Assembly (NCBI GenBank): GCA_025594325.1
Contig: JANHCV010000004.1
Location: forward strand, 2,046,001-2,110,000
Reading direction: 5' to 3'
Source of the DNA: Blastocladiella emersonii ATCC 22665
Taxonomy: Eukaryota; Fungi; Blastocladiomycota
DNA length: 64,000 nt
In this document: positions 43,410 through 55,242 of the stretch, piece after piece
How the letters are laid out: every line of letters begins with the position of its first letter
Numbering within the stretch: the first letter of the stretch is position 1
Made by a program: the position numbers and the translations under genes
The notes under the pieces: generated by a model
Database searches by the model: none
What the model saw: only the letters and a program-made list of their open reading frames with translations
What the model was told of the DNA's origin: nothing

Positions 43410-44631
43410 ATGTCGTCGACGACGCTCACCTTCTCGGCCGACCAACACGCGGCGCTGCGCAAGGCGTGGGCGACGGCGACGGTGGCGGACCTGCTCAAGG
43501 CGCACTGGAAGGCCGGGACCAAGGCGGTGGTGACGGTCAAGTCGTCGATGCCCGTCGAGGAGGCGTTCGACATCCTCGTGCAGAACAACATCAACGCGGC
43601 GCCCGTGTACGACGCGGACGCGGACGCGTACATTGGCATGGTGTCGATGCTCGACGTGGTCGAGTACGTGATGACGCTGGTGCGCGCCAACAAGGCCGTG
43701 TGGCAGGAGCTCGACGCCGAGCTCCCCTCGCCGACCCACGTCCAGGCCCAGGAGCCCGACCGGTCCGGGCTCGCCATCGCCGAGATCGTCCAGCGCATCC
43801 GCCAGGTCCGCCCGATCCCCGTTTCGTACATCTCGGACCTTGCCAAGCGCGACCCCTTCATGGCCCTCCCGCGCTCCGCCACCCTCGAGCACGCCATGGA
43901 CATCTTCTCCAAGGGCATCCACCGCATCGTCATCACCGAGGCCGACGACAAGGCCAACGTGCTCGTCGGCATCCTCACCCAGTCCGACATTGTCCGCTTC
44001 CTGTCCGAGCGCGAGAAGGAGGCCCCCTTCAACGACGTCCTCAAGATGCGCGTACGTTTTCTCTTCCTCGTCGTCGGGTCGCGTGTCCTGACGCGTCGCT
44101 CACTCCCACCCCGTCCGCTCTCCCGTAGCTCAACGACCTCAAGCTCTCCACCCCCAAGGAGATTGTCCTCGTCAAGGCCTTCCAGCCCGTCGTCGACGCC
44201 CTGCAGGCCATGCACACGAGCCGCGTCTCGTCCGTGGCCGTGGTCGACGCGACCGAGCGCCTGCTCGGCAACATCTCCGCGTCGGACGTCAAGGTACTTT
44301 GCTCCCCGCACCCCCACGGCCCTGATTATCGTACTAATGCCCTTTTTATGCGTAGCACATCATGCGGCACCTCCGGTACGGCATTTTGTTCGAAACTTGC
44401 TCGCAGTTCATTGGTGGGGTCAAAACACGCCAAATGCTGGACAACGCGGGCAAGGACACGGTGCCAGTTATCGAGATTGCCAAGGACGCTACCCTCTCCC
44501 GCGCTCTTCGCCTGATCGTCGTTACCAAGGTCCACCGGCTGTGGTGCGTCGAGCAGGACTCGCGGCTGCCGTCGTTCCAGGCCCCCGTCGCCGTCGTGTC
44601 GCTCACCGACATCCTGCGTGTGCTGCTGTAA
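43410..44631 (+). CDS. SDS23: Sds23/Sds24-like tandem CBS-domain protein (exons 43410..44051, 44129..44293, 44356..44631; 360 aa)
   Basis: Four CBS motifs (VEEAFDILVQNNINAAPV, GIHRIVI..GILTQSDIVRFL, VSSVAVVD..LLGNISASDVK, TKVHRLWCV..VVSLTDILRVL). Canonical introns; a further intron lies in the 5' UTR (~43330-43402). Confidence 0.85.
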
Positions 44632-44754
44632 GCCGCCGCCGCCGCGCAAGAGTTTGGGCCCGTGCCCTCGAGTTCGAGTTCGAGTTCGAGTTCCCTTTGT
44701 GTTTTTGTTCTCGTTTGTGCTTTGATTTACAGCGATATCTATTGAAATACCTCT

Positions 44755-45939
44755 CTACGACGATTGCGCGGGCAGAGCCAGCAGCGCCGCGACCACCTCG
44801 TCCGACACGCTTTCGCGGTTGGCGAGCACCGCGTCCACGGCGCGCATCACGACGGCCTGCATCCCCTCGTCCTCGCGCGCGAGCCGCCAGTGCGGGCTCG
44901 GCGCGTCGGCGACCAGCCAGTGGAAGTCCTTGACGCACGCGGCGCGGTCCGGGTGCGCGGCGATCACTTGGATCCCCGGCACTTTGGGCGTCTCGGCGAA
45001 CGGGACCACCACCACGCCGTCGCAGTCCTCGATGATCGGGTCCGCCACCGCGCGTACCGCAATCACCACGTTGTGCGCGTGGTGCACGCGCAGCTGCCGG
45101 CACCCCGCGAGGACCAGGACCGAGTCCCGCAGGCCGTCGACTAGCACGCTGCCGTCGATGGTCGCGGCGATGATGACGGCGGAGTTGGTGATGGACGAGA
45201 TGTGCGCCGCGCGTAGCGTCACGTCGCTGTCGTTGCTCGTCACGACGGCGACGGCTGAGCGAGAGGTGAGGCCGCGCACATGTACGTCCGCGGACGGCGT
45301 CGCGATCGACACCACGCGCGACGTGCCGGCGGGCAGGTCGCGCACCACGACTGTTGACGGGTCGGCGTCCGCGGCGGCGGTCGCGGCGGCGGCGGATGCA
45401 GAGGACGCAGCGGGGGTTGCAGTGGCGGCAGCCGATGCGGCGGCGGAGGCCACGACGGACGCGGTTGTGCCGAGCTTGGCGCGCGACTTGAACGCAAACT
45501 TTTTCGTCGCGCGCGCCGAGCTCCGTGCCGCCTCGATGCGCGCGAACATGGTGCGGAGGCCCTATGCCGCACACGCCGAGTCAGTTATCGCGCTGTTACA
45601 CGGCGGTGGCGTGGGAGCAGCGTACGGTCATGTACTTTGCCTGGTCGTACGACGGCAGGTACAGCCCCGCGGCCTCGTTGACCTGCTTCTCGAGCGCGAC
45701 GGCGTCGCGGTGCACGGCATCGAGGAACGGCGTGAACTCGGACGACGTGGACGCGGGTGCCGCGGTCAGGCGCGACGTCAGGTCTAGCGTAGTGAGGCGG
45801 GACGGCGTCGTCAGGGGGCGACGGAGAAGAAGGGTGGCGCGTAGGGACAGGCACACTCACCGGCGTGCTTGGCCGCGTAGAGGTCGGCAAACTGCTTGGA
45901 GAGCTCGACGGCCGACATGTTCGGCGAGTGGACATTCAT
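44755..45939 (-). CDS. TBCC: Tubulin-specific chaperone C (exons 45861..45939, 45626..45783, 44755..45561; 347 aa)
   Basis: N-domain YLPSYDQ...KKFAFKSR; beta-helix GCRQLRVH, PIIEDC, VKDFHWL..PSPHW. Confidence 0.9.
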
Positions 45940-46194
45940 GCGCTAGCGTTTCTGGGGGAGAGAGGGGGGACTGATCTTCCGCGGCGGCGGCGCTCTCAAG
46001 GGGAGAAGAAGCGGTCAGCTGATGCGCCCGCGCCGTCGCGTCGTTCACGTCGCTGTGGCGCTCTCTCCTCTCCTTAATCGTTATCGACCGATCCGCTCGC
46101 CGAGTCGACACACCCACTCCCTGCAACGCATCAACTGCCTTCGCGGCACCCAAGAGTCGCTGGCCGACCGACCCACCCACCCCCACTGTCAACC

Positions 46195-47123
46195 ATGCCG
46201 AGCGCCCTCGTCCTCAGCCCGCCGCTCGTCCACGTCCCGCGGTCGCCGGGCACCCAGGTCCCGCTCGCGCTCGCCCTCCCGCTCGTCGAGTCGACCGCCG
46301 ACAAGCACCGCGCGCTGTGGGTCGAGCTGTTCCGCCACGTCGCCCTGCTCGAAATGTGTCTCGCCAAGGAGGTCCAGCTGGCTGCTGCGGGGCCGAACGC
46401 GGTACGACTGAGCTCGAGTGTCTTGCGGGTTGCCTTGTTGACCCCACAAGACTGTGTGTGTATAGTCGGCCGACGCCCTCAAGGTCAACGGCGACAAGAT
46501 CGCGCAGCTCCGCGAGAAGCTCGACACGCTCGCGCTCACGTCGGCGCGCCTGCTCGACGGCGCGCCCAGCGTGCGCGACGCCTTTGTCTTCCACGGGTTC
46601 GCGGACGTGTTCCCGCTCTTCACGTCCGGTAACACCAGCGCGGCGGCGGGCAAGTTCGACCTGCGCTCCAGCACGGTCCTCAACCAAGTTGTCTCCATGG
46701 CGCTCCAGCTCCGCAACGACGTGGCGCTCCCGAACCACAAGTACATGGCCCACCAGATCGCCCTGCTCTACGTGCGTCGTTTGCGCGACACTCTGTGCAG
46801 CCGGATTGCTGATTCGACTTGCGCGTGTAGCAATCGCTCACGTCGTCGCGCGAGGACCTCCGCAAGTACCGCGCCCAGATCGAGGGCCAGTTTGACGCGT
46901 TCAAGGCTGCGTGCAGCGCCCAGGTCCCCGAGCCGCAGCTCCTTCCCGAGCAGCGCCAGTGGTACGCTCTCGCCGTGATCCTCGCGTACCGAGCTCTTGT
47001 ACTGACTCCAGCGGTCGCACAAGGCTCACGTCCCTCACCACCGATATCCTTACCGAGGCCCTGTTCACGGGCCGCAACATTGTCCCCTCGCAGCGCGCCG
47101 TCGAGTTCCTGCGCAGCTTGTAA
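46195..47123 (+). CDS. Hypothetical protein, 4 exons (46195..46401, 46466..46771, 46831..46961, 47024..47123)
   Basis: Three canonical introns give one continuous frame containing NHKYMAHQIALLYQSL. Confidence 0.75.
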
Positions 47124-47297
47124 TACACGCTCTCACCTTCCCCTTCTGCTCTCGCTCGTGTCTCTCCTGGATCGGCGAACCATCCGTGCAACTCCGCGAA
47201 GCCGGTGAGGAGTTGTGTCAGGGGACGCTCGCTCGACTCGCCATGGTGTCGACGGTGACGCAGCTGCTTCTCCTCCCGTCAATGAAACACCGCCGTC

Positions 47298-48553
47298 ATG
47301 TCAAGCCCGCCAGCCTCGCCCATCACGCACTGGACCAGCGAGAAGCAGTGTCCGCTGCTCAACAACTACCGCCCGATCCGCGTCGTTGGCCGCGGCGCGC
47401 ACGGGTACTTTGCTCCGCGACCATGACCATCACCTCTGTACCGCCACCACTCACCCCCTCCCCGTCGTGTAGAATCGCAACGCTCGCCGAACCCGTCGCC
47501 TCGCCGTCAACCACGGTCGTCGTGAAACAGGTCTTCACCGAGACCGGGCCCGATGCCGCCGACCACGGGGGAAGCAGCGAGAGCATGTCGCCGAGCGACC
47601 AGGCCAAGGCCGAGGTCCAGATCCTCGCCATGCTGCAGCACCCGAACATCATCCGGTTCCTCGACAGCGCGTCCTACTACTCGGACCACGACGCCCAAGG
47701 CCGACGCGCCCCGCAGCAGTGCTGGGTGCTCGTCATGGAGCACGCGAATGGTCCGTTGGAGAGGGAGGGGTGGCAACGACGCGCGGCGCTGACGATGGCC
47801 AGCGGGTGTAGGCGGCAACCTGCACGAGTTTCTCAAGTCGCAGGCGCCCACAGGGCTCGACGCGCTGGTTCGTCGTCATCGTTGGCCGTGGCCGTGGCCA
47901 CCACTGACTTGCGCGCGTGCGTGTAGACGGTCCAGTCGTTCACGGGCCAGCTCGTCCTGGCGCTGCACTACATCCACTCGCAGCACATTCTGCACCGCGA
48001 CCTCAAGTCGCACAACGTGCTGCTTCACCGCCGCCCGCGGCCGCCTCCCACTGATGAAGCCGCGCCGGCGTGGCACGCGTCGCAGTGGACGCTCAAGCTC
48101 GCCGACTTTGGCATCGCCAAGCTGTTCATCGGGTCGGCCGTGTCCACGTCCACCGTGATTGGGACGCCCAACTACCTCTCGCCCGAACTGTGCCAGGGCG
48201 AGCCGTACGACGAGAAGGCGGATATCTGGGCCCTCGGGTGTATCCTGTTCGAGCTCGCGACGGCGGGGGAGATGATGTTTGACGCGCCGGTACGCTTTCC
48301 ACCGTGATCAGCCGCCGTCGCCTCCCTGCTCACACCGCGGCGTGGCGTGTAGAACCTGCTCGCCCTGACGCGCAAGATCACGGAACGCATCCCGACGCGC
48401 GCGGTCCCGGACTCGGCGCTGCCGGTCCTGCACTCGCTGATCCCGCAGCTGACGGCGCTCGACCGCGCGCGCCGGCTCAGCGTCGCGGCCATCGTCGACC
48501 TGCCCGAGTTCCAGCCGTGTCTCGTCGCCGCGTCCATGCACTCGGTCGTCTAA
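47298..48553 (+). CDS. NIMA-related (NEK8/9-like) Ser/Thr kinase, 5 exons
   Basis: VVGRGAHG, VVVKQV, HPNIIRF, HRDLKSHN, DFGIAK, GTPNYLSPELCQGEPYDEKADIWALGC. Introns at 47405-47472, 47751-47811, 47868-47926 and 48290-48352. Confidence 0.92.
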
Positions 48554-48580
48554 CGCTGCAATGAAATATATTCCGTCATC

Positions 48581-50780
48581 TCAAAGCCGCACAACGTCCA
48601 CGCGCACGCGACAGTGCGCCGCGTGGTACACGAAATCGCCCGCCTCATCGCCCCCATCAGCCGCGGCGGCGGCAACGACCGCGCTGAGCGTGCCGGGCGG
48701 GAACGGGTGCAACGTGATCCACGCGACGGTCCCGCCGCCGACGCCGCGCGCGGCGTGGCCCGGGTTGACGACGAGCGACACGGGGTCGTCAAGGTTCGTC
48801 CCGCCGGCCTCGCCGAGCGGGAGCGGTTTCGCGGCGATGCGCAGCTGCGACGGCAGGATCACGAGGTCGGGCGCCGCCTGTAGCTCGAGCTGGCCGAGCT
48901 GCGAGTACTCGACGGCGGGCGCGGACTCGGGCGGCGGGAACAGCGGGTAGAAGGACCGCTGCTCCAGCACCCCGCGCACCGCGCGCATCGCGCGGTCCGT
49001 CCCGACGTGCGGCGGCGGCGCCGCGGCCGTCGTCCACTCGGCGCCCGCGAGCTCCAGCACCGTGTCGCGCGCCGCCACGCCGACGACCAGCTCGTGCCAC
49101 GAGAACTGGACCGGGTTCGGGAGCATGGTGAGCGCGCCCGCCGCTGTCGTCCCCAAAAGTGAGGAGGGGAACGCCGGCTGCGGGAACGTGCAGTACGGGT
49201 GCACCATGTCGTACGGCGAGAGGACGAGGACGATCTCGCACGCCTTGGCGGCCGCCACGCGGGCCAGCGGGTCCGCCACGCGGTGACGGAACAGGTCCTC
49301 GGGCAGCAGGTCCACGTCGCCCGACTGGATCAGCGGGTGCCGGTCGTCGACGAACGGGCCCAGCAGCACCACGGCCTCGGGCGCGTGCGTCTCGATCAGG
49401 TGCACCAGCTCCTGCAGCGGCGCGTAGTCGAGGTTGTCCGACGTCGTGTACGGACCCGCCGCGACTAGCAGCCCGTGCGGCTTCTGCGGCTGCGCCAGGA
49501 GCGCCGACGCACGTGTCGTTGGCGGGTCGGGCAGCGGGAGCTACTCGCGCGTACGTCGAGTGAGAAGCCGTGTCGTGCACTCCCAATTCGGGATAACGTA
49601 CGTGATGGATCTTCTGCACGTGGAACGCGTACCCCTCGGGGTTGGTCCCCTCGACGACAATCACCTGGCCGGGGAACAGCGAGTGGAACGGGAGCGCCGG
49701 GTCGAGGACAAGCTTGACGCGCACACCGTTGAACTTGCGCGCGCACTCGAACACCAGGTTGTCGTGGGCAAACTTGCGCGCGTCCTCGAGCACCAGGCGG
49801 CCCAGCGCAAACACGGTGGTCTGCGACGCGTACCCCGGGTTCGTGAACTCGTCCACGTCCGGCAGCGCCTCCCGGAACCGCTGCTCGAACACGTACAGGT
49901 AGTCCTCCATCACTACGAGTCCGAGTGTGAGTGGTACGATGTCGGGGTGGCAAAGCGGAAAGCCGTACTCTCGCCCAACTCGCCGACCTTGTCGTACATG
50001 TACTTGTACGGCTGAATGTCCTGGTTGTCGATGAGCGCGATCCGCCGCGCCTTGGCCGCGTCCGCGTGCAGGTTCGTCGTCGCGCACGACGCCAGGTGCG
50101 CGTTGTACGTCACCTCGACCTTGCCCTTGTTCTGCCGGTCAGCGAACTTGGTCCCCGTGCGGCCCGTCGCGGGCGTCGACGGAACGCCCTGCGACTGGCC
50201 GGGTGTCATGGGCACCTGCGACATTTGCGCCATCCTACACGCGGAGCGGCGCGGCACGGTCAGCCCGCGGACTCAGCGGGCGACGGGCAAAATGCGTACA
50301 GCTGGGTCAGCGACGCTTCGTTGTGCACGACGCGGTTCGGCGCCATGGGCACCGGCGGTCCCACCGGCGTCGCGGCAACGGGCACAGCGCGGGGACCCGT
50401 CCGGTTCGCAGTCGCGGGCGTTGCGGGCGGAGCCGGGCGCGGCGTGGATGGCGGAGCCGCGGCGGCGGCCGCGATCGCCTTGCGGTTGAACTCGGCCAGG
50501 ATCGAGCCGCGCAGCTCGTCGAGGTGCTCACTCGTGAGCGTGTCGAGCGACCGGTTCACTGCGTACGCCTCCCACTTGTTGAAAAAGTCCTCGGCCGTCA
50601 GCTGGTACATCTGGCAGATGTGTGCGCCTAGGAGGGTGATGGGTCAGGTCAGGTGGTGGGGGAGGGACGGCAGGCGGGGCCTAGGGTACATTCGCCGAGC
50701 AGGGCGTCCGGGATCGGGCCCAGCAGCCGCTTCAGCTTGGTCTCGAGGACCTTGACGGCCGTGGTTACATCCGACTGCAT
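48581..50780 (-). CDS. POL12: DNA polymerase alpha-primase B subunit, multi-exon
   Basis: N-terminal CAHICQMYQLTAEDFFNKWEAY; SLFPGQVIVVEGTNP; AAGPYTTSDNLDY; VLLGPFVD; LPNPVQF; SFYPLFPP; PDLVILPS; VNPG. Confidence 0.93.
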
Positions 50781-50879
50781 GGTGTGTGCTACTCTAGAGG
50801 AGCCGCGTTCTTGAGGCGAGGGAGAGAAGGGAAGCGGGCCGCCCGTCGCGTCTCGCACGGGTGAGATCGCCCTCGCTTC

Positions 50880-50915
50880 GCATCACGTGGCGGACCACAT
50901 GATTGTTCGACGCGT
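50880..50915. promoter_or_regulatory. 36-bp promoter module upstream of POL12 (CACGTG, CACATG, ACGCGT)
   Basis: 32/36 identical to 52112..52147, upstream of SUMO-like copy 1; similar distance to the ATG. Confidence 0.6.
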
Positions 50916-51331
50916 CTCGCATGTCTCCGCCGCGGCACCATGGCTGCAGCACAGTAAGTACGGAGCAGCTCGATCGCAATGGGCGTGTTCTGTAGTTGCA
51001 GGAGCTTCAAGTACGGTTCCGGGGCTTTGCGAGTTGAAAAGTTGACGCGCGCGCAAGGGCGATTGCTTCAGCGGAACAAGTGACTCCGGGTTGGGACGTA
51101 CACGATCGAGTTGAGACTGTCCCTCGACCGTGAGTGGCGGCGAGCTACCAGCATACTGCCAGAACTGGCTGCCGCTCGAAACTTTCTCCCGATGCCGCGC
51201 GAGAACTTCCTTCGCCGTGCCATCCGACGCAAACGGCTTCCGGGGTCAAATCAAGGACAAGAGAGTATATTGAAGAGAAAATAAAGGCTAAGGCGCGACG
51301 TGGCGGTGATTTGGACCGGCACGCTTGCGGG

Positions 51332-52021
51332 TCATTCGGAACTAGAACCAGCTCCGCCGAGCATGTCAATAACTTACGTAAATCTCATCCATGTTGCGGA
51401 TTCCGAGCTGAAGTGGATCGTTAGCGCCTAAATCGTGGATCGGTGCAAGATGTTGAGATTAGACGGACCTGCTTCAGCGACTTGTCGCTATCGTCAGGAA
51501 TACATTTCGCTTCCTTTGTAATGAATCTGATCTTCGTCATGGGGTTGTAGAACGATACATTGAGATGCTCGCACACAACTGTGGCAAGCTTACGGAACGC
51601 TGTGTCTTCCTTGGTCGTCACTCCTGAGTGCGTAAAGCAAGTGAGCGTGACAGACCAACAGCCTAAAGAAAATAGCTTGCTACGCACGAAACTTGAGCCC
51701 AGTGGCCATTCGAAACTTCACGGTCACGTCGCCGTTGCGGGGTCGTGAGCTGGCCTCCTCGGCCTCGAGCTCCGCCCACAGCGGGTCGTCTTTCACCGAC
51801 TTGACAAGATGGCGCAACACGGCCGTGTCTTGATCATTTTCCAAGATTGGCTTGATTGAGGAGAGAAGATCCCCTTGTTTGCGAAGGACAGCTGCTTGAT
51901 GACTCAAGGCGCCGCGGAGAATGTCGTTGTCGCGCTGGCATAGACGAACAGCTTGTGATAGTTCCGCGCATGTCTCTTCGAGACGGGCGATGCGTTCATC
52001 TGTTTGCATAGAGTCCGTCAT
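51332..52021 (-). pseudogene. Coiled-coil + SUMO/Ubl-like protein, copy 1; a 1-nt insertion truncates it just before LGG
   Basis: Exons 51688..52021, 51469..51623 and 51407 downward give ...VTVKFRMATGLKFRVTTKEDTAFRKLA...KIRFIT...SLKQLGIRNMDEIYVSY*. Skipping one T at 51368 reads DMLGG-AGSSSE*. Confidence 0.7.
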
Positions 52022-52111
52022 GACTTGGAAGTTGATGGCGAGCCCCAAGGAGAGGAGCAAGTAGAGCAGAGCTGGTGGTCGGGCGGTGCGTTTCCAAACG
52101 GGATCGCTGTG

Positions 52112-52147
52112 GCATCACGTGGCAGCTCACATGATTGTTCGGCGCGT
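52112..52147. promoter_or_regulatory. Copy of the POL12 upstream module, ahead of SUMO-like copy 1
   Basis: GCATCACGTGGCAGCTCACATGATTGTTCGGCGCGT versus GCATCACGTGGCGGACCACATGATTGTTCGACGCGT. Confidence 0.6.
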
Positions 52148-52222
52148 TTTTCACTCGTCCCGGTGAGGACCCAAACGCTTGGACAGGCTCCGATTTAAAC
52201 GCACGCAGAGCGGGGAACCGTA

Positions 52223-52438
52223 TGTTGATGCCGACAGAAGGAGGCGGGAGACAAGTAGTCAGGGATGTCTATTCCTGCCTTCGGCCCCGAACCCAAGACG
52301 GGGAGAGGGGAGAATGGATAACAAAGCAGGGCGCGCCGCAGCGGGGTGCGGCGGCGCGGGAGCGAGGGATTGCGGGCGGCTCACGCGAGATCAGATGATT
52401 GATCACCGCGGTCGTGGCCACATGAACGACACGCAACA
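52223..52438 (-). repeat. 3' LTR
   Basis: TGTTG...CAACA; preceded on the minus strand by the purine tract GGGGGGAGGTGA. Confidence 0.97.
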
Positions 52439-53844
52439 TCACCTCCCCCCAGACCGTGACCTGAGCGACTTGACGAACCCTTGGTGCACCGCGTTCTTGA
52501 GCTGGCGACCGGACCGGCTGCGCGTGATGGACGACAGCGGGTCGGGCGAGGGTGAGCGCGCGCGCTTTGGGTTGGCGCGGGCGGGCGATGAGGCGGCCGA
52601 GGACTGCGTGACCGAGAACTGCGACTTGTCGGCCGAGACTTGGCGAGGAGCAGGATCTTGGCGTGGAGCGGGCACAGGGGAAGACGTGGCGACCTTGGGG
52701 GCGAGACGCTGCAGCGAACGCTGGCGCTCGAGCCAGGTGTTGGCCGAGATCTTCTTGTGGTAGTCGTTGATGGCGCCGGCGGTGTCGAAGCTTCTGGCGG
52801 GGATCCACGAGTTCTTGGCGGAGCGATCGGGCCAGCGGACCAGGTACTCGCGCTCGCCGTTCGCGCTGGCGATGACGGAGGATGTTGCGCACGGTGTCCA
52901 ATTCGCCCAAAGGCGCCGACTCGGGCTGGATGAGGCGCAGGTGGTGCGCGGGGTAGATGGACTCGGTCATGAGCTTGAGGTGAGCGAGCTGCTCCTGCTT
53001 GGTCATGTCGCAGAGGGGCGGCTGCGCGCGGTAGTCACAGAGCGCGTTGGCGGGACGCGCGAACATGAGCGAGAAGGGCGTCGAGCCGTGGCGCGCGTGC
53101 GCGCGCGTGTTGTAGGCGTACTGGATGGCCGGGACCATGGCGGGCCAGCGGTTGAGCTGCCCGTTGAGCAAGGGGAGCAGCATCTCCTTGACTGAGCAAA
53201 CAAGACGCTCCGAGGCGCCGTTGGCCTGCGGGTGGTATGGCGACACAAGGCGGCAGTCAATGCCGGCCATGTCGGCGAGCGAGGCGATGATCTGGTTGGC
53301 GAACTCGGGGCCGTTGTCGGACTGGATGATGCGCGGGAAACCGAACTGGAAGCACGTGGCCAGGAAGCAGGTGGCGACCTCGCCGGCAGACGCAGAGCGG
53401 ATTGGGTGTAGCCACGCGAACCAGGTGCAGATGTTGATGATCACGAGCACGTGCGTGTATCCGTCAGGCGAGATGGGCAGCTGCATGCAGTCCATGGACA
53501 GGTGGTCAAGCGGCAGCAGCGCCTCAATCGAGCGCATCGGGTGGAAACCCTGCTGCGTGGCTGAGAACCGCGCGCACGGGATGCAACCGGCAATGACGCG
53601 CTGGCAGTCGGCGAGCATGCCAGGCCATTCGTGGCCGAGGACGACGAGCTTCTGCTGTGTGGCCGCGGGACCCGAGTGGCCCCAGTTGTGCACGTCGCAG
53701 ATGATTTGGTCGCGCTGGTCACGCGGAACGGGCGCCGTGTTGAGGCGCTGCGCGGGCGGGACAGTGCCGATGGGCGAGAACTCGGGCCGCGGCGCGCTAC
53801 CCTCGGGGGCGGGTGTGGCGGCGACAACGCAGGCGTGCACAGCG

Positions 53845-54224
53845 GGCGCGGGTGTTGAAGAAGAGCTGCCCCCATGGGTGGGTGTGGCAGCGAAAGCGCG
53901 GGCCCGCTCTGCGGGCGGGAGCGAGGCCGGCGCGAGGAAGAAGTGTCAAGCACGATTCTCCGCAAGGGAGAGATCGTGCGTCATGAGCTGCTCGAGCTCG
54001 CCATCGCCAAGGGCACACTCGGGGAGAGACGGCGCGGGTATTGAAGAAGAGCTGCCCCCATGGGTGGGTGCGGCAGCAAAAGCGCGGGCCCGCTCCACGG
54101 GCAGGAGCGAGGCCGGCGCGAGGAAAAAGTGTTGAGCACAATTCTCCGCGAGGGAGAGATCGTGCGCCATGAGCTGCTCGAGCTCGCTGTCGCCGAGGGC
54201 ACACTTGGGGAGAGACGGCGCGGG
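53845..54224 (-). repeat. In-frame 186-bp tandem duplication between RNase H and integrase
   Basis: GGCGCGGG anchor at 53845, 54031 and 54217; 62-aa unit PSLP(K/E)CALGD(S/G)ELEQLM(A/T)HDLSLAEN. Confidence 0.9.
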
Positions 54225-55242
54225 AGAGGATCCGGAGGGACCCCCCCCCACCAGCAGGCGCCCACGGGGGGAACGCGATACAGGACAATGGCCGGCGCGG
54301 TTGATGGCGACGAGATGGGCACGGGCGTCGGTATTATACAGGCGCGACAGGATGTCGGGCAGCACGTTCAGGACGCCGGGGAGGTGTGTGACCAAGAATG
54401 AGAGGGAGAGCAGCGTGTCAAGCCAGTTTTTGAGGATGGGCGACAGGCGCTTCTGCGTGAACATGTGGGTGAGCGCTGCGTGGTCCGTGAACAACGCGAA
54501 ACGGCGGCCGTGGAGGTAGTAGAAGAAGCGAGTGAGCGCAAAGACGATGCCGAGGAGCTCGCGCTTGGTGGCCAAGTAGTTCTGCTCAGCGGGCTGCAGA
54601 GAGCGAGAGGCAAACGAGATGTAGCGCGGGGACTCGCGGCTACCCTGGAACAGGACGGCGCCAAGACTGACGTTTGAGGCGTTGGTAGCGACGAAGAACG
54701 GCTTGGAGAAATCAGGCGGCGCGAGACATGGGGCAGCGGCGGCGGCGACGGCGGCCTTTAAGGCGAGGAACGCCTGCTTGCACTCGTTGGTCCACACGTT
54801 GCGGACGTCGAGGTCAATGCGCTTGAGGTTGCGCAGCGCGTCAAGCGGGTGCATGAGGACCGCGGCGAGCGGGATGTAGGCGCGCAGGTAGTTGACAAGG
54901 CTGAGGAACTTCTGGACCTGGTTGCCGGACCTTGGACGCGGCCAGTCGCGGATCGAGACGACCTTGGCCTCGGCGGGCTGCACGCCCTTGGCCGAGACGA
55001 CGTGGCCGAGCAGGTGCACGCGTGCGCAGTAGAAGAAGCACTTGGCGGGGTTGAGGCGGGGGTTCCACCGCGTGAGACGGTAGACGATGAGGACGAGGTG
55101 CTGCGTGTGCTCCTCGACCAAGGCCGAGAAGATGACGAGATCGTTGATGAAGACGCGCACAAACGGCATGTTGTGGAAGATGTTGGACATGACGGCCCAG
55201 AACTGCGCCGAGAGGGTCTTGATGCCAAACGGGCCGCGTGAC

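Noticed and set aside
51342-51377. 36-nt intron from GTAAGT at the end of SUMO-like copy 1
   Set aside because: It is shorter than the other introns here (55 nt or more) and yields a tail unlike the paralogs, whereas the 1-nt frameshift gives a gap-free alignment. RNA data are needed to exclude it fully.
53845-55145. Classical RIP (CpA to TpA) as the cause of pol decay
   Set aside because: The diagnosable changes are at CpG, the element stays GC-rich, and the LTRs are essentially unmutated.
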